Assembly: GCA_965227605.1 (NCBI GenBank)
Contig: OZ245745.1
Location: forward strand, 945,694-1,009,693
DNA: 64,000 nt
Source: Phycisphaerales bacterium
GTDB lineage: Bacteria > Planctomycetota > Phycisphaerae > Phycisphaerales > UBA1924
Reading direction: 5' to 3'
The position numbers were made by a program, and so were the translations under genes. The first letter of the stretch is position 1. Each line of letters begins with the position of its first letter. Below the pieces are notes generated by a model. It worked only from the letters and a program-made list of their open reading frames with translations, did not search any database and was not told the DNA's origin. This document shows positions 50,421 to 59,573 of the stretch, in pieces.

Positions 50421-51167
50421 TCAGCGTCGGCGGCGGAACGCCCCCAGCCCTCCGGCCAGCAGGAGCGCTGCGCTGGGGGAAGGCACGATCTCGATGTCCT
50501 GGCTGAAGGTGAGGAAGCGGTTGGCTTCGGAGTCGATCCAGTCGATCGAGGCGAATGTGCCTGTGAAGATGTTCGAGACGATGGTCGGGTCGCCGGTGAG
50601 GTTTGGAACGGACGTCACCTCATCGACATCGCCAAGGATCGTGAACTGGCCGGCGAAGATCAGCCAAAGGCCTGTGTCGGGGTCCTGCATACCGTTCGGG
50701 CCGCCGGCGTGCCCGGGGTAGATGGTGGGGAGGCCCTTGTTTTCGGGCACGCCGGACCATGAGCCGTCCACGCCGTCACTGACGAACTCGAGGTCGGGGT
50801 TGGCCGAGGTCGTGGATGGGGCGGTGATCGGCCCGACGCTCACATAGCTGTCCCACTCGGAGGAGGGCACGGCCGGGAAGACGGCCGGGTTGATGTTTTG
50901 GGAGCTGTCGCCGCCGAACGGGTCCTGGTAGAGCTGCAGGCCGTTGCGCGTTCTGACGCTGTCGGTACCCGCGAACATGGTGAGCAGCGTGTTTTCCGGG
51001 TCATCGAAGGCGATGTAGAGGCGGGTGACGGTGGCGGCTTGGCCGATGGCGGCGGTCGCGGCGGCGTTCCAGGAGTCATCGGTGAGGAACACGCCGCCGC
51101 GGAAGTCGGCGGGGGCGGCGAGCGCGGGGAGCAACGCGACGGCGAGTGCGCATGGATAGCGTTTCAT
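50421..51167 (-). CDS. PEP-CTERM sorting-domain secreted protein
   Basis: Signal peptide MKRYPCALAVALLPALAAPA. The C-terminus VPSPSAALLLAGGLGAFRRRR is a PEP-like motif, then a TM helix, then an Arg cluster. Confidence 0.75.
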   Translation of the reverse strand: MKRYPCALAVALLPALAAPADFRGGVFLTDDSWNAAATAAIGQAATVTRLYIAFDDPENTLLTMFAGTDSVRTRNGLQLYQDPFGGDSSQNINPAVFPAVPSSEWDSYVSVGPITAPSTTSANPDLEFVSDGVDGSWSGVPENKGLPTIYPGHAGGPNGMQDPDTGLWLIFAGQFTILGDVDEVTSVPNLTGDPTIVSNIFTGTFASIDWIDSEANRFLTFSQDIEIVPSPSAALLLAGGLGAFRRRR

Positions 51168-51294
51168 GGGTTCTTCCCTCTCTGTGGGCGCCGTGAGGTT
51201 TGACGTGTTTCAGGGCGCGGTTGCGTTCGATACGGGTCGCAGCTGGTTACGGTTGCAGGGCTGGGGAACCTTTACAAGAGAGAAACAGGCGCGA

Positions 51295-51825
51295 TCAACG
51301 CGGTTTTTTGCGTGAGACAGCCTTCTTCTTTGTGGTTTTCTTCTTCGTGGTCGCCTTCTTCCGCGCCGGGCGCGGGGCTTCGAGCGAGCTCTCGTACGCC
51401 TTGATGAATTTCTTGACGGTCATCCGCTTGACGGTTTTGGCGATGACGTCGAGCGGGACGTCTTCCAGCTTCTTGAAGCGGACGCAGCTTTTGCCCATGT
51501 CGAGCTTGTGGCCGGTGTTCTTCCACGCCTCCTGGAAGCGTTCGACCTCGCCCTCGTCGCAGTAGAGGCAGAAGAGGTAGAGGGCCATGTGGTTCTTCTG
51601 GCTGGCGAGGCTGAGGAAGGGGAGGGGCTGTTTGGGGTTGCAGTGGTAGCCGGCGGGGTAGACGGAGTGGGGGATGGCGTAGCCGATCATGCCGTACTGG
51701 ATGACCTCCCTGACCTGGGGGTCGAGGTTGTCCTTGATGGCCTTGCGGATGGCTTTGATGGCTTTGCGGCGGTCGTCTGGGAGCTCTTTGAGGTACTCGC
51801 TGACGGTGGGGGCGGCGCTTTGCAT
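51295..51825 (-). CDS. DUF1801 (YdhG-like) domain protein with Lys-rich C-terminal tail
   Basis: YdhG/DUF1801-like core (QYGMIGYAIPHSVYPAGYHCNPKQPLPFLSLASQKNHMALYL). C-terminal KKATTKKKTTKKKAVSRKKPR. Confidence 0.55.
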   Translation of the reverse strand: MQSAAPTVSEYLKELPDDRRKAIKAIRKAIKDNLDPQVREVIQYGMIGYAIPHSVYPAGYHCNPKQPLPFLSLASQKNHMALYLFCLYCDEGEVERFQEAWKNTGHKLDMGKSCVRFKKLEDVPLDVIAKTVKRMTVKKFIKAYESSLEAPRPARKKATTKKKTTKKKAVSRKKPR

Positions 51826-52054
51826 GGAGGATCCTCCGGGGTGAGGGTACCGGCTAAGGGGTCATTGGCGGCACTTAGAGAATTTTGATAGGTATTTGAT
51901 TGGATAACTCGTGATTCGCAGCGGAAAATCTTTGGACGGTGGGGGGATATGGCAGTACGCTATGGGCTGACTCAGGAGGTGCATGCGCTCCGGGGGGACG
52001 GCCAAACGTGGCTGCCGAGGCGTGTGCTGAACACCAGAAAGAGAGAAACACGCA

Positions 52055-52762
52055 ATGAGCATCAAGACACTCGCCGGCCTTGCCGGCGTTGCTGCGTTCG
52101 CCGCTACGGCGACGGCGCAGTTCACGGCTTCCCAGTTCGCCCCGCGCGATCTGGACGAGCCCACCACGTCGCGCGGCGCTGCCGGCGACACGGCCTCGAC
52201 CGCGTTGACGGTCTTCGGTCCGACGATGTCGGGCTTCCTGGCCGGTCCGATCGATCACACGATCGGCTCTACCGAAACCTTCCCCGTCAACACCGCTGTT
52301 GATGTCACGTCGAGCGTTGTCGATAACGGCGACGGCACTCGCACGCTGACCATCAACTGGATGTCGAACAACGGCGCGGCTCTCTTCGGGCCCAACGCGT
52401 TTGGCACCGAGCCCATCACCACGCTCGGTTTCGAGCTTGGCGAGAACAACGCCGGTATGAACACCGTCGATCCCACCATGTACGCGGGCATCGCTGATCC
52501 GGACACGGAGCCGGACGGCGTGTTCGAGGCTGGCTTCGAGCTCCTCGACGCCAGCGGCGGCTCGCTCTTCTCGGGCAACTTCTTCGTCACTGACACCGGC
52601 ACCGGTTTCAGCGGCGTGACCTTCATCGGGGCCGGCGGCGCCGACCTCGGTAACTTCAACATCGGTGGCGGCACCGCGACCATCACCTACTTCATCCCGG
52701 CGCCCGGCGCCGCGGCGCTCTTCGGTCTCGGCGGTCTCGCCGCTGCCCGTCGTCGTCGCTAA
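52055..52762 (+). CDS. PEP-CTERM sorting-domain secreted protein
   Basis: Signal peptide. The C-terminus IPAPGAAALFGLGGLAAARRRR is a PEP-like motif, then a TM helix, then an Arg cluster. Unrelated N-terminal domain, Gly/Thr-rich. Confidence 0.75.
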   Translation: MSIKTLAGLAGVAAFAATATAQFTASQFAPRDLDEPTTSRGAAGDTASTALTVFGPTMSGFLAGPIDHTIGSTETFPVNTAVDVTSSVVDNGDGTRTLTINWMSNNGAALFGPNAFGTEPITTLGFELGENNAGMNTVDPTMYAGIADPDTEPDGVFEAGFELLDASGGSLFSGNFFVTDTGTGFSGVTFIGAGGADLGNFNIGGGTATITYFIPAPGAAALFGLGGLAAARRRR

Positions 52763-52830
52763 TCACCCGTTACTCACACACTCTCGTTTCTCGTTCGTAG
52801 AGACGCACTTCCTGCACGTTGCTCACCGCA

Positions 52831-52869
52831 CGACCCCTCAGGCCCCCCCTGGGGGGTCGTGTTCTTTTT
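52831..52869 (+). terminator. Rho-independent terminator (CGACCCCTCAGGCCCCCCCTGGGGGGTCG plus T5)
   Basis: GC hairpin followed by TTCTTTTT, ~70 nt after the stop of 52055..52762. Confidence 0.55.
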
Positions 52870-52948
52870 GGAGGCAGACGGCCGGTTGAATAACGCGGCA
52901 TCAGGCTCGGTTGATCCTCACGCCACACCGCTTGAAAGGAACCAAGCC

Positions 52949-53368
52949 ATGCGCACGACCGCTCGCCTCACAGGTTTCGTCGCTGTTTTCGCAGCAGTCT
53001 TTGCGTTCTTCGCAGCGCCCGCATTTGCCGCGGAGACGCTACATGAAGGGACGTGGACGAAGAAAAACTACAAAGCGTCGGGGACATGGAGCATCGTCGA
53101 AGAGGACGATGGTTCTCGTTTCGTCGTGCTTTCCGATGATTTCAAAACGAGGAACGCGCCTGACCTCAAGCTGTTCCTGTCGCCGCGGACCGTGGAGGAT
53201 CTCGAGAACGGGAACGCGACCTCCGGGTCGTTCTTCATCGCGGAGCTTAAGAAGAACAAGGGCGGGCAGCGGTACAAGCTTGATGACAGCGTTGATCTGA
53301 GCGAGTTCGAGTCGATCATCATCCACTGCGAGAAGTACACGAAGCTGTGGAGCGCCGCGGCGCTTTGA
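52949..53368 (+). CDS. DM13-domain secreted protein
   Basis: Signal peptide. ~140 aa. The pattern GTWS...FVVLSDDFKT...DLKLFLS...YKLDDSVDLSEFESIIIHCEKYTKLWSAAAL resembles the DM13 domain. Confidence 0.5.
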   Translation: MRTTARLTGFVAVFAAVFAFFAAPAFAAETLHEGTWTKKNYKASGTWSIVEEDDGSRFVVLSDDFKTRNAPDLKLFLSPRTVEDLENGNATSGSFFIAELKKNKGGQRYKLDDSVDLSEFESIIIHCEKYTKLWSAAAL

Positions 53369-53415
53369 GGCCCGTCTGATCGGAGCGTAGCCGCTGCGGG
53401 TATCGTGCCCGCTTC

Positions 53416-54936
53416 ATGAGCGACGCCCGCCCTCCTGACAATCTCAGCGACCGTCTTTTTCGGCAGCGTCCGGACCGCACGGCCCGGGCGCTGCTTGTGT
53501 TCCATGTGGTCGCTTGGACGCTTGTGCCGTGGGCGGTGAACGACGCGCTCCCGCTGGACACGATCGAGGCGCTGGCGTGGGGTCGGGAGTGGGAGCTGGG
53601 GTACAGCAAGCACCCGCCGTTGTCGGCCTGGGCGGCGGAGATCGCTGGTTGGTTCGCGGGGGGGGCGGACGTTGGGCTGTACGCGCTGAGCGCGTTGTGC
53701 ACGGCGGTCGGGCTGGCGGTCGTGTGGCGGTTGACGCGTGAGTTGCTGGGATCACAACGGGCTCTCCTGGCGCTGGTGCTGAGCGAGGGCGTGATTTATC
53801 ACGGGTTTACATCGCCTGAGTTCAATGTGAATGTGCTGCAGATCCCGCTGTGGGCCGGGGCGATGCTCGGGTACTGGAGAGGGCTGCGCACCGGGCGGCT
53901 TGGGTGGTGGGCGCTTTTGGGTGTGTGCATGGGGTTGGCCCTGCTGAGCAAATATTTGGCAGGGGCGCTGCTGGTCGCGATGGCGGTGGACACGCTGAAG
54001 CGCGAGCGGCGCGTGCTGGCGACAGCCGGGCCGTATGTGGCGGGGGCGCTGTGCATCGCGCTCTTCGCGCCGCACGCATCGTGGACGGTGGAGAACGAGT
54101 TTGTATCGCTGACTTACGGCGTGCGCCGCGCGGGGGGTGGTGAGCACGAGTGGTTGAATCATGCGGTCTACCCGGCGAAGTTTCTCGTCGCGCAGCTGGC
54201 GGCGATCGGGGCGTTGGTGTGGCTGCTCTTGGTATGGAAGCCGGCGCGGCGCGCAGCGGGCGATGAAGAGGCGCGTCCGAGATTGTTCCTTCTGACGATG
54301 ACGTTGGGTCCGATTGGGGCGCTTGTCGTGTTGTCGCTGGCGACTGGGTTCGAACTGCGTTCGATGTGGGCGACGCCGATGCTGCTGACGCTTGGGCCCT
54401 GCGCGATGGCGTGCCTGAGCGTGCGTTTCCCTGAGATCAAGAAGATCGACGGCCTGGTGTGGGCGTGTGTGATCGTGATGGCGCCGGTGCTGGCGTACGC
54501 GGGGACAAGCGCGCTGACGATGCGGTTCCGCGACAAACCCAAGCGGGTGAATTATCCGGGGGCGGCGATCGGCGCTGAGGTGACTCGCCTGTGGCGCGAA
54601 CGCGTGAGCGGTCCCCTGCCGATCGTGGTGGGCACGGAGTGGGACGCGGGCCTGATCGGGTGGTACAGCCCGGACCGCCCGAGCGTCTATATCCACGGGG
54701 ATCCGGTGCACGCGCAGTGGTTGGATGATGACGACGTGCATGAAGGCGGCGGTCTGATCGTGTGGGTGAAATCAACGCAGGCGGATGAGGCGGCGGACGA
54801 GTGGGCGGCGATGCCATTCGAGAGAGCTCGTTTCGGTGGTGAAGCACTCGGGGATGTAGTGGTCGGGTACCCCAGTGCGCCCGATAAGGCGGGTGTACGT
54901 TTCGGTGTGTGGTTCGTTCCTCCCGCGGGCGGGTAG
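53416..54936 (+). CDS. GT-C family glycosyltransferase (ArnT / PMT / GT39-GT83-like, integral membrane)
   Basis: Multiple TM helices. N-terminal loop with conserved acidic residues (DTIEALAWGREWELGYSKHPPL) typical of ArnT/PMT-type enzymes. Periplasmic C-terminal domain. Confidence 0.65.
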   Translation: MSDARPPDNLSDRLFRQRPDRTARALLVFHVVAWTLVPWAVNDALPLDTIEALAWGREWELGYSKHPPLSAWAAEIAGWFAGGADVGLYALSALCTAVGLAVVWRLTRELLGSQRALLALVLSEGVIYHGFTSPEFNVNVLQIPLWAGAMLGYWRGLRTGRLGWWALLGVCMGLALLSKYLAGALLVAMAVDTLKRERRVLATAGPYVAGALCIALFAPHASWTVENEFVSLTYGVRRAGGGEHEWLNHAVYPAKFLVAQLAAIGALVWLLLVWKPARRAAGDEEARPRLFLLTMTLGPIGALVVLSLATGFELRSMWATPMLLTLGPCAMACLSVRFPEIKKIDGLVWACVIVMAPVLAYAGTSALTMRFRDKPKRVNYPGAAIGAEVTRLWRERVSGPLPIVVGTEWDAGLIGWYSPDRPSVYIHGDPVHAQWLDDDDVHEGGGLIVWVKSTQADEAADEWAAMPFERARFGGEALGDVVVGYPSAPDKAGVRFGVWFVPPAGG

Positions 54937-54951
54937 GCGTACACTCTGCGG

Positions 54952-55956
54952 ATGGCGGGAACGACGACGATCACGCTGGTGGCGCCGGTGTACAACGAGC
55001 GCGAAAACGTCGCGGAGTTCGTGGCGCGGGCGTCGGCAGCGCTCGGGCAGTGCGAAGGCACGGCGTGGAACATCGTGCTGGTCGACGACGGCAGCGCCGA
55101 CGACACCGCGGAGCGCGTGCTGGCGCTGCGCGAGACGGAGCCGCGCCTGGGGCTCGTGCGCCTGTCGCGGAACTTCGGGCATCAGGCGGCGCTGAGCGCC
55201 GGGCTGGATGCGGCGGCGGGCGACGCGGTGATCCTGATCGACGCGGATCTTCAGGACCCGCCCGAGGTGATCCCGGAGCTGTACGAAGCATGGAAGAGCG
55301 GTGCGGAGGTCGTGCTGGCCCAGCGGCGCTCGCGCGAGGACCGCGGGGCTCGCGGGCTGGGCTTCCGCGCGTTCCACGCGTTCTTCCGGTTCGTGACCGA
55401 CTTCCCGATCCCGTCCGATACCGGCATCTTCGGTCTGCTCGACCGTCGCGCCGCCGATCAGCTCAGGAGGCTGAGCGAACGCAACCGTTTTCTACCGGGG
55501 TTGCGTTCGTGGATCGGCTTCGAGACGGCGACGGTTTTCTACGACCGCGCCGGTCGGGCCGCGGGCGAGCCCAAGCAGACGCTGCGTCGCCTGATCCGCT
55601 ACGCGATGGACGGCGTTCTGAGCTTTTCATACAAGCCGCTGCGGCTGATGACGTACGCCGGGGCGCTCGTCAGCCTCGCCGGGTTCTCGCTTGCGATCTA
55701 CTTTGTGACGAAGCGCCTGCTGGGCATCGAGACGGCGGATACCGGCTTCACCACGCTGGTCACGCTGATCCTCGGCCTCGGCGGCGTGCAGCTTCTGTCG
55801 CTTGGGTTGGTCGGCGAGTACATCGCACGTATCTACGACGAGGTGAAGAACCGCCCGCTGTACATCGTGAGCCGGACGCACGGGCTTGAGGAAGACTCGC
55901 CCGAGCCGACGGTGCTGGCGCGGGGCCCGAAGGCGTCGGTCGAATCGGGCGCATGA
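54952..55956 (+). CDS. GT2 family polyprenyl-phosphate glycosyltransferase (ArnC / DPM1-like)
   Basis: The N-terminus ITLVAPVYNEREN ... IVLVDDGSADDT ... ILIDADLQDPPE is a GT-A fold with a DxD motif. Two C-terminal TM helices. Confidence 0.75.
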   Translation: MAGTTTITLVAPVYNERENVAEFVARASAALGQCEGTAWNIVLVDDGSADDTAERVLALRETEPRLGLVRLSRNFGHQAALSAGLDAAAGDAVILIDADLQDPPEVIPELYEAWKSGAEVVLAQRRSREDRGARGLGFRAFHAFFRFVTDFPIPSDTGIFGLLDRRAADQLRRLSERNRFLPGLRSWIGFETATVFYDRAGRAAGEPKQTLRRLIRYAMDGVLSFSYKPLRLMTYAGALVSLAGFSLAIYFVTKRLLGIETADTGFTTLVTLILGLGGVQLLSLGLVGEYIARIYDEVKNRPLYIVSRTHGLEEDSPEPTVLARGPKASVESGA

Positions 55957-56038
55957 AAAAGCGCCCGCGTGGGCGGGCGCGTTGTATGGCTTTCAGACAC
56001 GACGCGCCTTCGGCGGATCGTGGCGCCCGGATTGTGAG

Positions 56039-56731
56039 TTACTCGGCGGCGCCGGAAACGACCGTGATGAGTTCAACATCGAAGACGAGCATCGCGTTGG
56101 GCGGGATGCCGGGGCGGCCCTGGCGTCCGTACGCGAGGTCGCCGGGGATGATGAGCTTGCGCTTCTCGCCCTCGCTCATCATGCCGACGCCTTCGGTCCA
56201 GCCGCGGATTACCTGGTTGAGCCCGAAGGTGGCGGTCTGCCCGCGATCGACGGAGCTGTCGAACTTGTTCCCGTCGAGGAAGTAGCCGGTGTAGTGGACC
56301 TCGACGCGGGAGGTGGGGCCGCCGGGCGTAGCGCCCGTGCCGGGCTCGATGATGTAGTACATCAGGCCCGAATCGGTGGTCTGCATCTGCTGATCTTTGA
56401 TCTCCCAGCCCGGGAAGCGCTCGAACGATTCAGTTTTCAGAATCGTGCCGTTGGTCGTGTTGACGGTCACTTCGTGACGCGAGGCGTTGGTGTACACCGA
56501 CACGATGGCTTGGGGGGGATCGGCCTGGATCATCAACTGAGCCGAGGAGGCCTCCCCGCCGGTTTCTTCCTCGGCGATCGCGACGCACTCTGCGAGAGAT
56601 CGCTCGCTCGAAGCGATCTTCTTGCACATCTCGGCGGGCTCGGGGGGCAGGGTGGTCAGGTCCATCTGGGCTCCGGTGGCGGCGGTGACGCCGAGCGTGA
56701 GGGCGGCGGAAAGCAGGGTGGTGAATCGCAT
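56039..56731 (-). CDS. FKBP-type peptidyl-prolyl cis-trans isomerase (secreted)
   Basis: Signal peptide MRFTTLLSAALTLGVTAATGA. FKBP core (VEVHYTGYFLDGNKFDSSVDRGQTATFGLNQVIRGWTEGVGMMSEGEKRKLIIPGDLAYG). Confidence 0.85.
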   Translation of the reverse strand: MRFTTLLSAALTLGVTAATGAQMDLTTLPPEPAEMCKKIASSERSLAECVAIAEEETGGEASSAQLMIQADPPQAIVSVYTNASRHEVTVNTTNGTILKTESFERFPGWEIKDQQMQTTDSGLMYYIIEPGTGATPGGPTSRVEVHYTGYFLDGNKFDSSVDRGQTATFGLNQVIRGWTEGVGMMSEGEKRKLIIPGDLAYGRQGRPGIPPNAMLVFDVELITVVSGAAE

Positions 56732-56833
56732 GGGAATCTCGTCCTCTCTGTGCGTGGGTTCTGGTTCGTGGGCAGGACAGGCTAGCGGACCCACCCGCCC
56801 CCGGCGCGTACACTCCGGGGAAGGAGGCGTGCG

Positions 56834-57298
56834 ATGACTCTGACGGTCTACCTGGGCGGTGAGATCCATTCGGATTGGCGAGATTCCATCATTTCCGGCG
56901 CGAAACAGGGCGGGCTGGACGTTGAGTTCACCTCCCCGGTGCTCGATCACAGCGCCAGCGATGACTGCGGGCCGGCGATTCTGGGGGCGCAGGACGACCC
57001 CTTCTGGCACGACCACACCAGCGCCAAGATCAACGCCATCCGCACGCGCACGGCGATCGAGGACGCAGATGTCGTGGTCATCCGCTTCGGCGAAAAGTAC
57101 AAGCAGTGGAACTCGGCGTTCGACGCGGGGCAGGCGGCGGCGCTGGGCACGCCGTTGATCACCCTGCACCCGCCGGAGCACCGCCACGCGCTCAAGGAGA
57201 TCGACGCGGCGGCGCTGGCGACGTGCGAACGCCCGGAGCAGGTGGTGGAGATTCTGCGGTATGTGCAGCGCGGGGAGCTGGCGGGGGTGAAGGCGTGA
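56834..57298 (+). CDS. YtoQ family protein (nucleoside 2-deoxyribosyltransferase-like fold)
   Basis: The N-terminus MTLTVYLGGEIHSDWRDSII and a length of ~150 aa fit the YtoQ family. Confidence 0.55.
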   Translation: MTLTVYLGGEIHSDWRDSIISGAKQGGLDVEFTSPVLDHSASDDCGPAILGAQDDPFWHDHTSAKINAIRTRTAIEDADVVVIRFGEKYKQWNSAFDAGQAAALGTPLITLHPPEHRHALKEIDAAALATCERPEQVVEILRYVQRGELAGVKA

Positions 57299-58260
57299 AG
57301 TTCTTTGTCGCGATGGTTGTGATGATGTCGTTGTCGTACGCGACTGTCGCGGAGGGACCATCTGTTGGGGTGCAACGGAGGGTGATGTCGAACCACACGC
57401 CGAATCAGGTTGTGGCGGTGTGGCGCGCTTGGCGTGGGCACGGGGCGAGTCTGAGAGCGAGTTTGCGGTCTGGTCTGGATCCTGATGTCACGCTGGAGAT
57501 TGAGACGCTCCTCGAAGAGTGGGAGATCCGATGTGAACCATCGCTCAGAGCGATGCATGCGTATCTGAGCGATGTGATGCTGGATAAGAGTTGGAGCCTC
57601 GTGGTAGATGTGGGCATGCGGGGCAGAGACGAACTGATTGAGAAGACAGAACGTGCGCTACACGGTGCAGGGCCTGTGCCTGACGTTCACTACTTCGCCG
57701 CGTTCGACCCGCGTTTCGATGAAAACCCCCTCGTTGAGATGAACGAAGGCGTGACACGCGAGTACTCGACCGACGGCTCGGGCGCCTCAGACGGGCTTAA
57801 GATCAGCCTGACGGCGCCGCTGAGCTGGTTGCCCGGGCACGCGCGGGGCGGCGGGATGGCGATGCGTCTGGTCAGCGAAGCTGGCGTCGGGCTGGCGTCT
57901 CTTTCGCTTGTCGTTGTTCCGCTTGCCGATGACGAAGCCACTCCTGGCCTCGTGGCGTTGATCGAGAAAATAACGTCTGATCCTGTTCGTGTTGCAGACA
58001 TGACCTTGCTGGGTGAGCCGGCGAAGGCGTGTGTGTTTTCTGACGAATCAACGGGGCGACGTGGCGCTTCAAGGTCGTTCAACAAGCACGTCCTGTGCGT
58101 GCTTGATCGGCGTGTCGTGAAGTTTGAATTCAGCGTCGCTGATCGCGCCCGTTCAGCGGAGCAGCTTCTTTCGATCGATGAACTCGAAACGGAACTCGAA
58201 CGTCTCGAACCGCTCTTCGACGAAATAGTCAAGCGGGCGAGCGTGGCGTCGGAGCCATAA
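57295..58260 (+). CDS. Hypothetical secreted protein
   Basis: GTG start overlapping the ytoQ-like stop (GTGA). N-terminal hydrophobic signal (VKFFVAMVVMMSLSYATVA). No recognisable motif. Confidence 0.4.
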   Translation: MKFFVAMVVMMSLSYATVAEGPSVGVQRRVMSNHTPNQVVAVWRAWRGHGASLRASLRSGLDPDVTLEIETLLEEWEIRCEPSLRAMHAYLSDVMLDKSWSLVVDVGMRGRDELIEKTERALHGAGPVPDVHYFAAFDPRFDENPLVEMNEGVTREYSTDGSGASDGLKISLTAPLSWLPGHARGGGMAMRLVSEAGVGLASLSLVVVPLADDEATPGLVALIEKITSDPVRVADMTLLGEPAKACVFSDESTGRRGASRSFNKHVLCVLDRRVVKFEFSVADRARSAEQLLSIDELETELERLEPLFDEIVKRASVASEP

Positions 58261-58714
58261 AGCCCGCCGCGGTGAGCACGGCGCGGAGGCCCTCGTCGTC
58301 GGATTCGTCGAAGGCGGCGACCTCGTGCGAGTCCACGTCGAGCATCGCCCACACGCCGCCGTCGTCGTTGACGAGGGGGATGACGATCTCTGATTTGTCC
58401 AGCGGGTCGCACTCGACGTAGTTGTCGCCGAGATCGGCGACGTCTTTCACGATCTGGGTGAGGCCGGTCTTGTACGCCGCGCCGCCGACGCCGTGCAGCG
58501 CGATGGGCGAGCAGGCGGGCTTGTCGCGCCGCGGGCCGAGGATGAGGCGCTCGTTCTCGGGGCGCGTTTCGTCGGCGAAGTAGAAGCCAACCCAATCGAT
58601 CCCCTGCTCGTGAAACGCGTCCCACAACGCGTCGGCGACGCGCTGCATGCGCGATTCGACGTCTCCGGAGAGGACACGGACGGATTCGACAACGGGCTGG
58701 TAATCTCGCTTCAT
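58229..58714 (-). CDS. GAF-domain free methionine-(R)-sulfoxide reductase (fRMsr/YebR-like)
   Basis: WVGFYF ... ILGPRRDKPACSPIALHGVGGAAYKTG ... YVECDPLDKSEIVIPLV matches the YebR pattern, including three Cys. 161 aa. Confidence 0.65.
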   Translation of the reverse strand: MKRDYQPVVESVRVLSGDVESRMQRVADALWDAFHEQGIDWVGFYFADETRPENERLILGPRRDKPACSPIALHGVGGAAYKTGLTQIVKDVADLGDNYVECDPLDKSEIVIPLVNDDGGVWAMLDVDSHEVAAFDESDDEGLRAVLTAAGFMAPTPRSPA

Positions 58715-59564
58715 GGGCGGAAGTGTAGACCAGCGGGTGGCGTCGGCGGTGGGGAGCGCGGTGGTCTCGTCGCGGTCGCTGGCGGGCGGGTGCGTGGGGG
58801 ATGTTTCGCTCGCGACACTCGCTGACGGGCGCGAGGTGGTGGTGAAAGCCGGGAGCGGGGCGAAGCTGGATATCGAGGGGTGGATGCTGCGTTGTCTAAG
58901 CGATCGGTCGGGCCTGCCCGTGCCGGGGGTGTTCATCAGCGAGGCGGACCTGCTGGTGATGGAGCGTGTGGAGGGGGAGACGGGGTGTCGCCCGGAAGCC
59001 GAGGCGCACGCGGCGGGGTTGCTTGCTGACTTACATGGCGTGACTGGCGACGCCTTCGGTCTCGAACGCGACACGTTGATCGGTGGGTTGGACCAACCGA
59101 ACACGCCGAGCCGATCGTGGATCGAGTTCTTCTGCGAGCATCGGCTTGTGCATATGGCGCGGCAGTGTGTGAGCGCTGGGCAGGCGGGTGAGAATCTGCT
59201 GAGGCGCGTGCGGGCGCTGGGTGAGCGGCTGCCCGATCTGATCGATGAGCCTGAGGCGCCGGCGCTTCTCCACGGCGATCTGTGGGGCGGGAATATCCTG
59301 AGCGCGGGCGATCGCGTGACGGGCTTCATCGACCCGGCGGTCTACTACGGGCACCCCGAGATCGAGCTGGCGTTCACCACGCTCTTCTCGACGTTCACGC
59401 CGGCGTTTTACGACGCGTATGGCGAACGCCGCCCGATCCGCGACGGGTTTTTCGAGCAGCGCCGCGACCTCTACAACCTCTACCCGCTGCTGGTGCACAC
59501 GCGTCTTTTTGGCGGGTCGTACCTGGGGCAGGCCGAGCGGACGCTGAGGCGCTTCGGGGTCTAA
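58713..59564 (+). CDS. Fructosamine/ketosamine-3-kinase family protein
   Basis: LLHGDLWGGNIL catalytic loop and IDPAVYYGHPEIELAF (FN3K/YniA signature). 283 aa. Its ATG overlaps the divergent fRMsr start codon. Confidence 0.75.
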   Translation: MGGSVDQRVASAVGSAVVSSRSLAGGCVGDVSLATLADGREVVVKAGSGAKLDIEGWMLRCLSDRSGLPVPGVFISEADLLVMERVEGETGCRPEAEAHAAGLLADLHGVTGDAFGLERDTLIGGLDQPNTPSRSWIEFFCEHRLVHMARQCVSAGQAGENLLRRVRALGERLPDLIDEPEAPALLHGDLWGGNILSAGDRVTGFIDPAVYYGHPEIELAFTTLFSTFTPAFYDAYGERRPIRDGFFEQRRDLYNLYPLLVHTRLFGGSYLGQAERTLRRFGV

Positions 59565-59573
59565 GCTGAGGTC

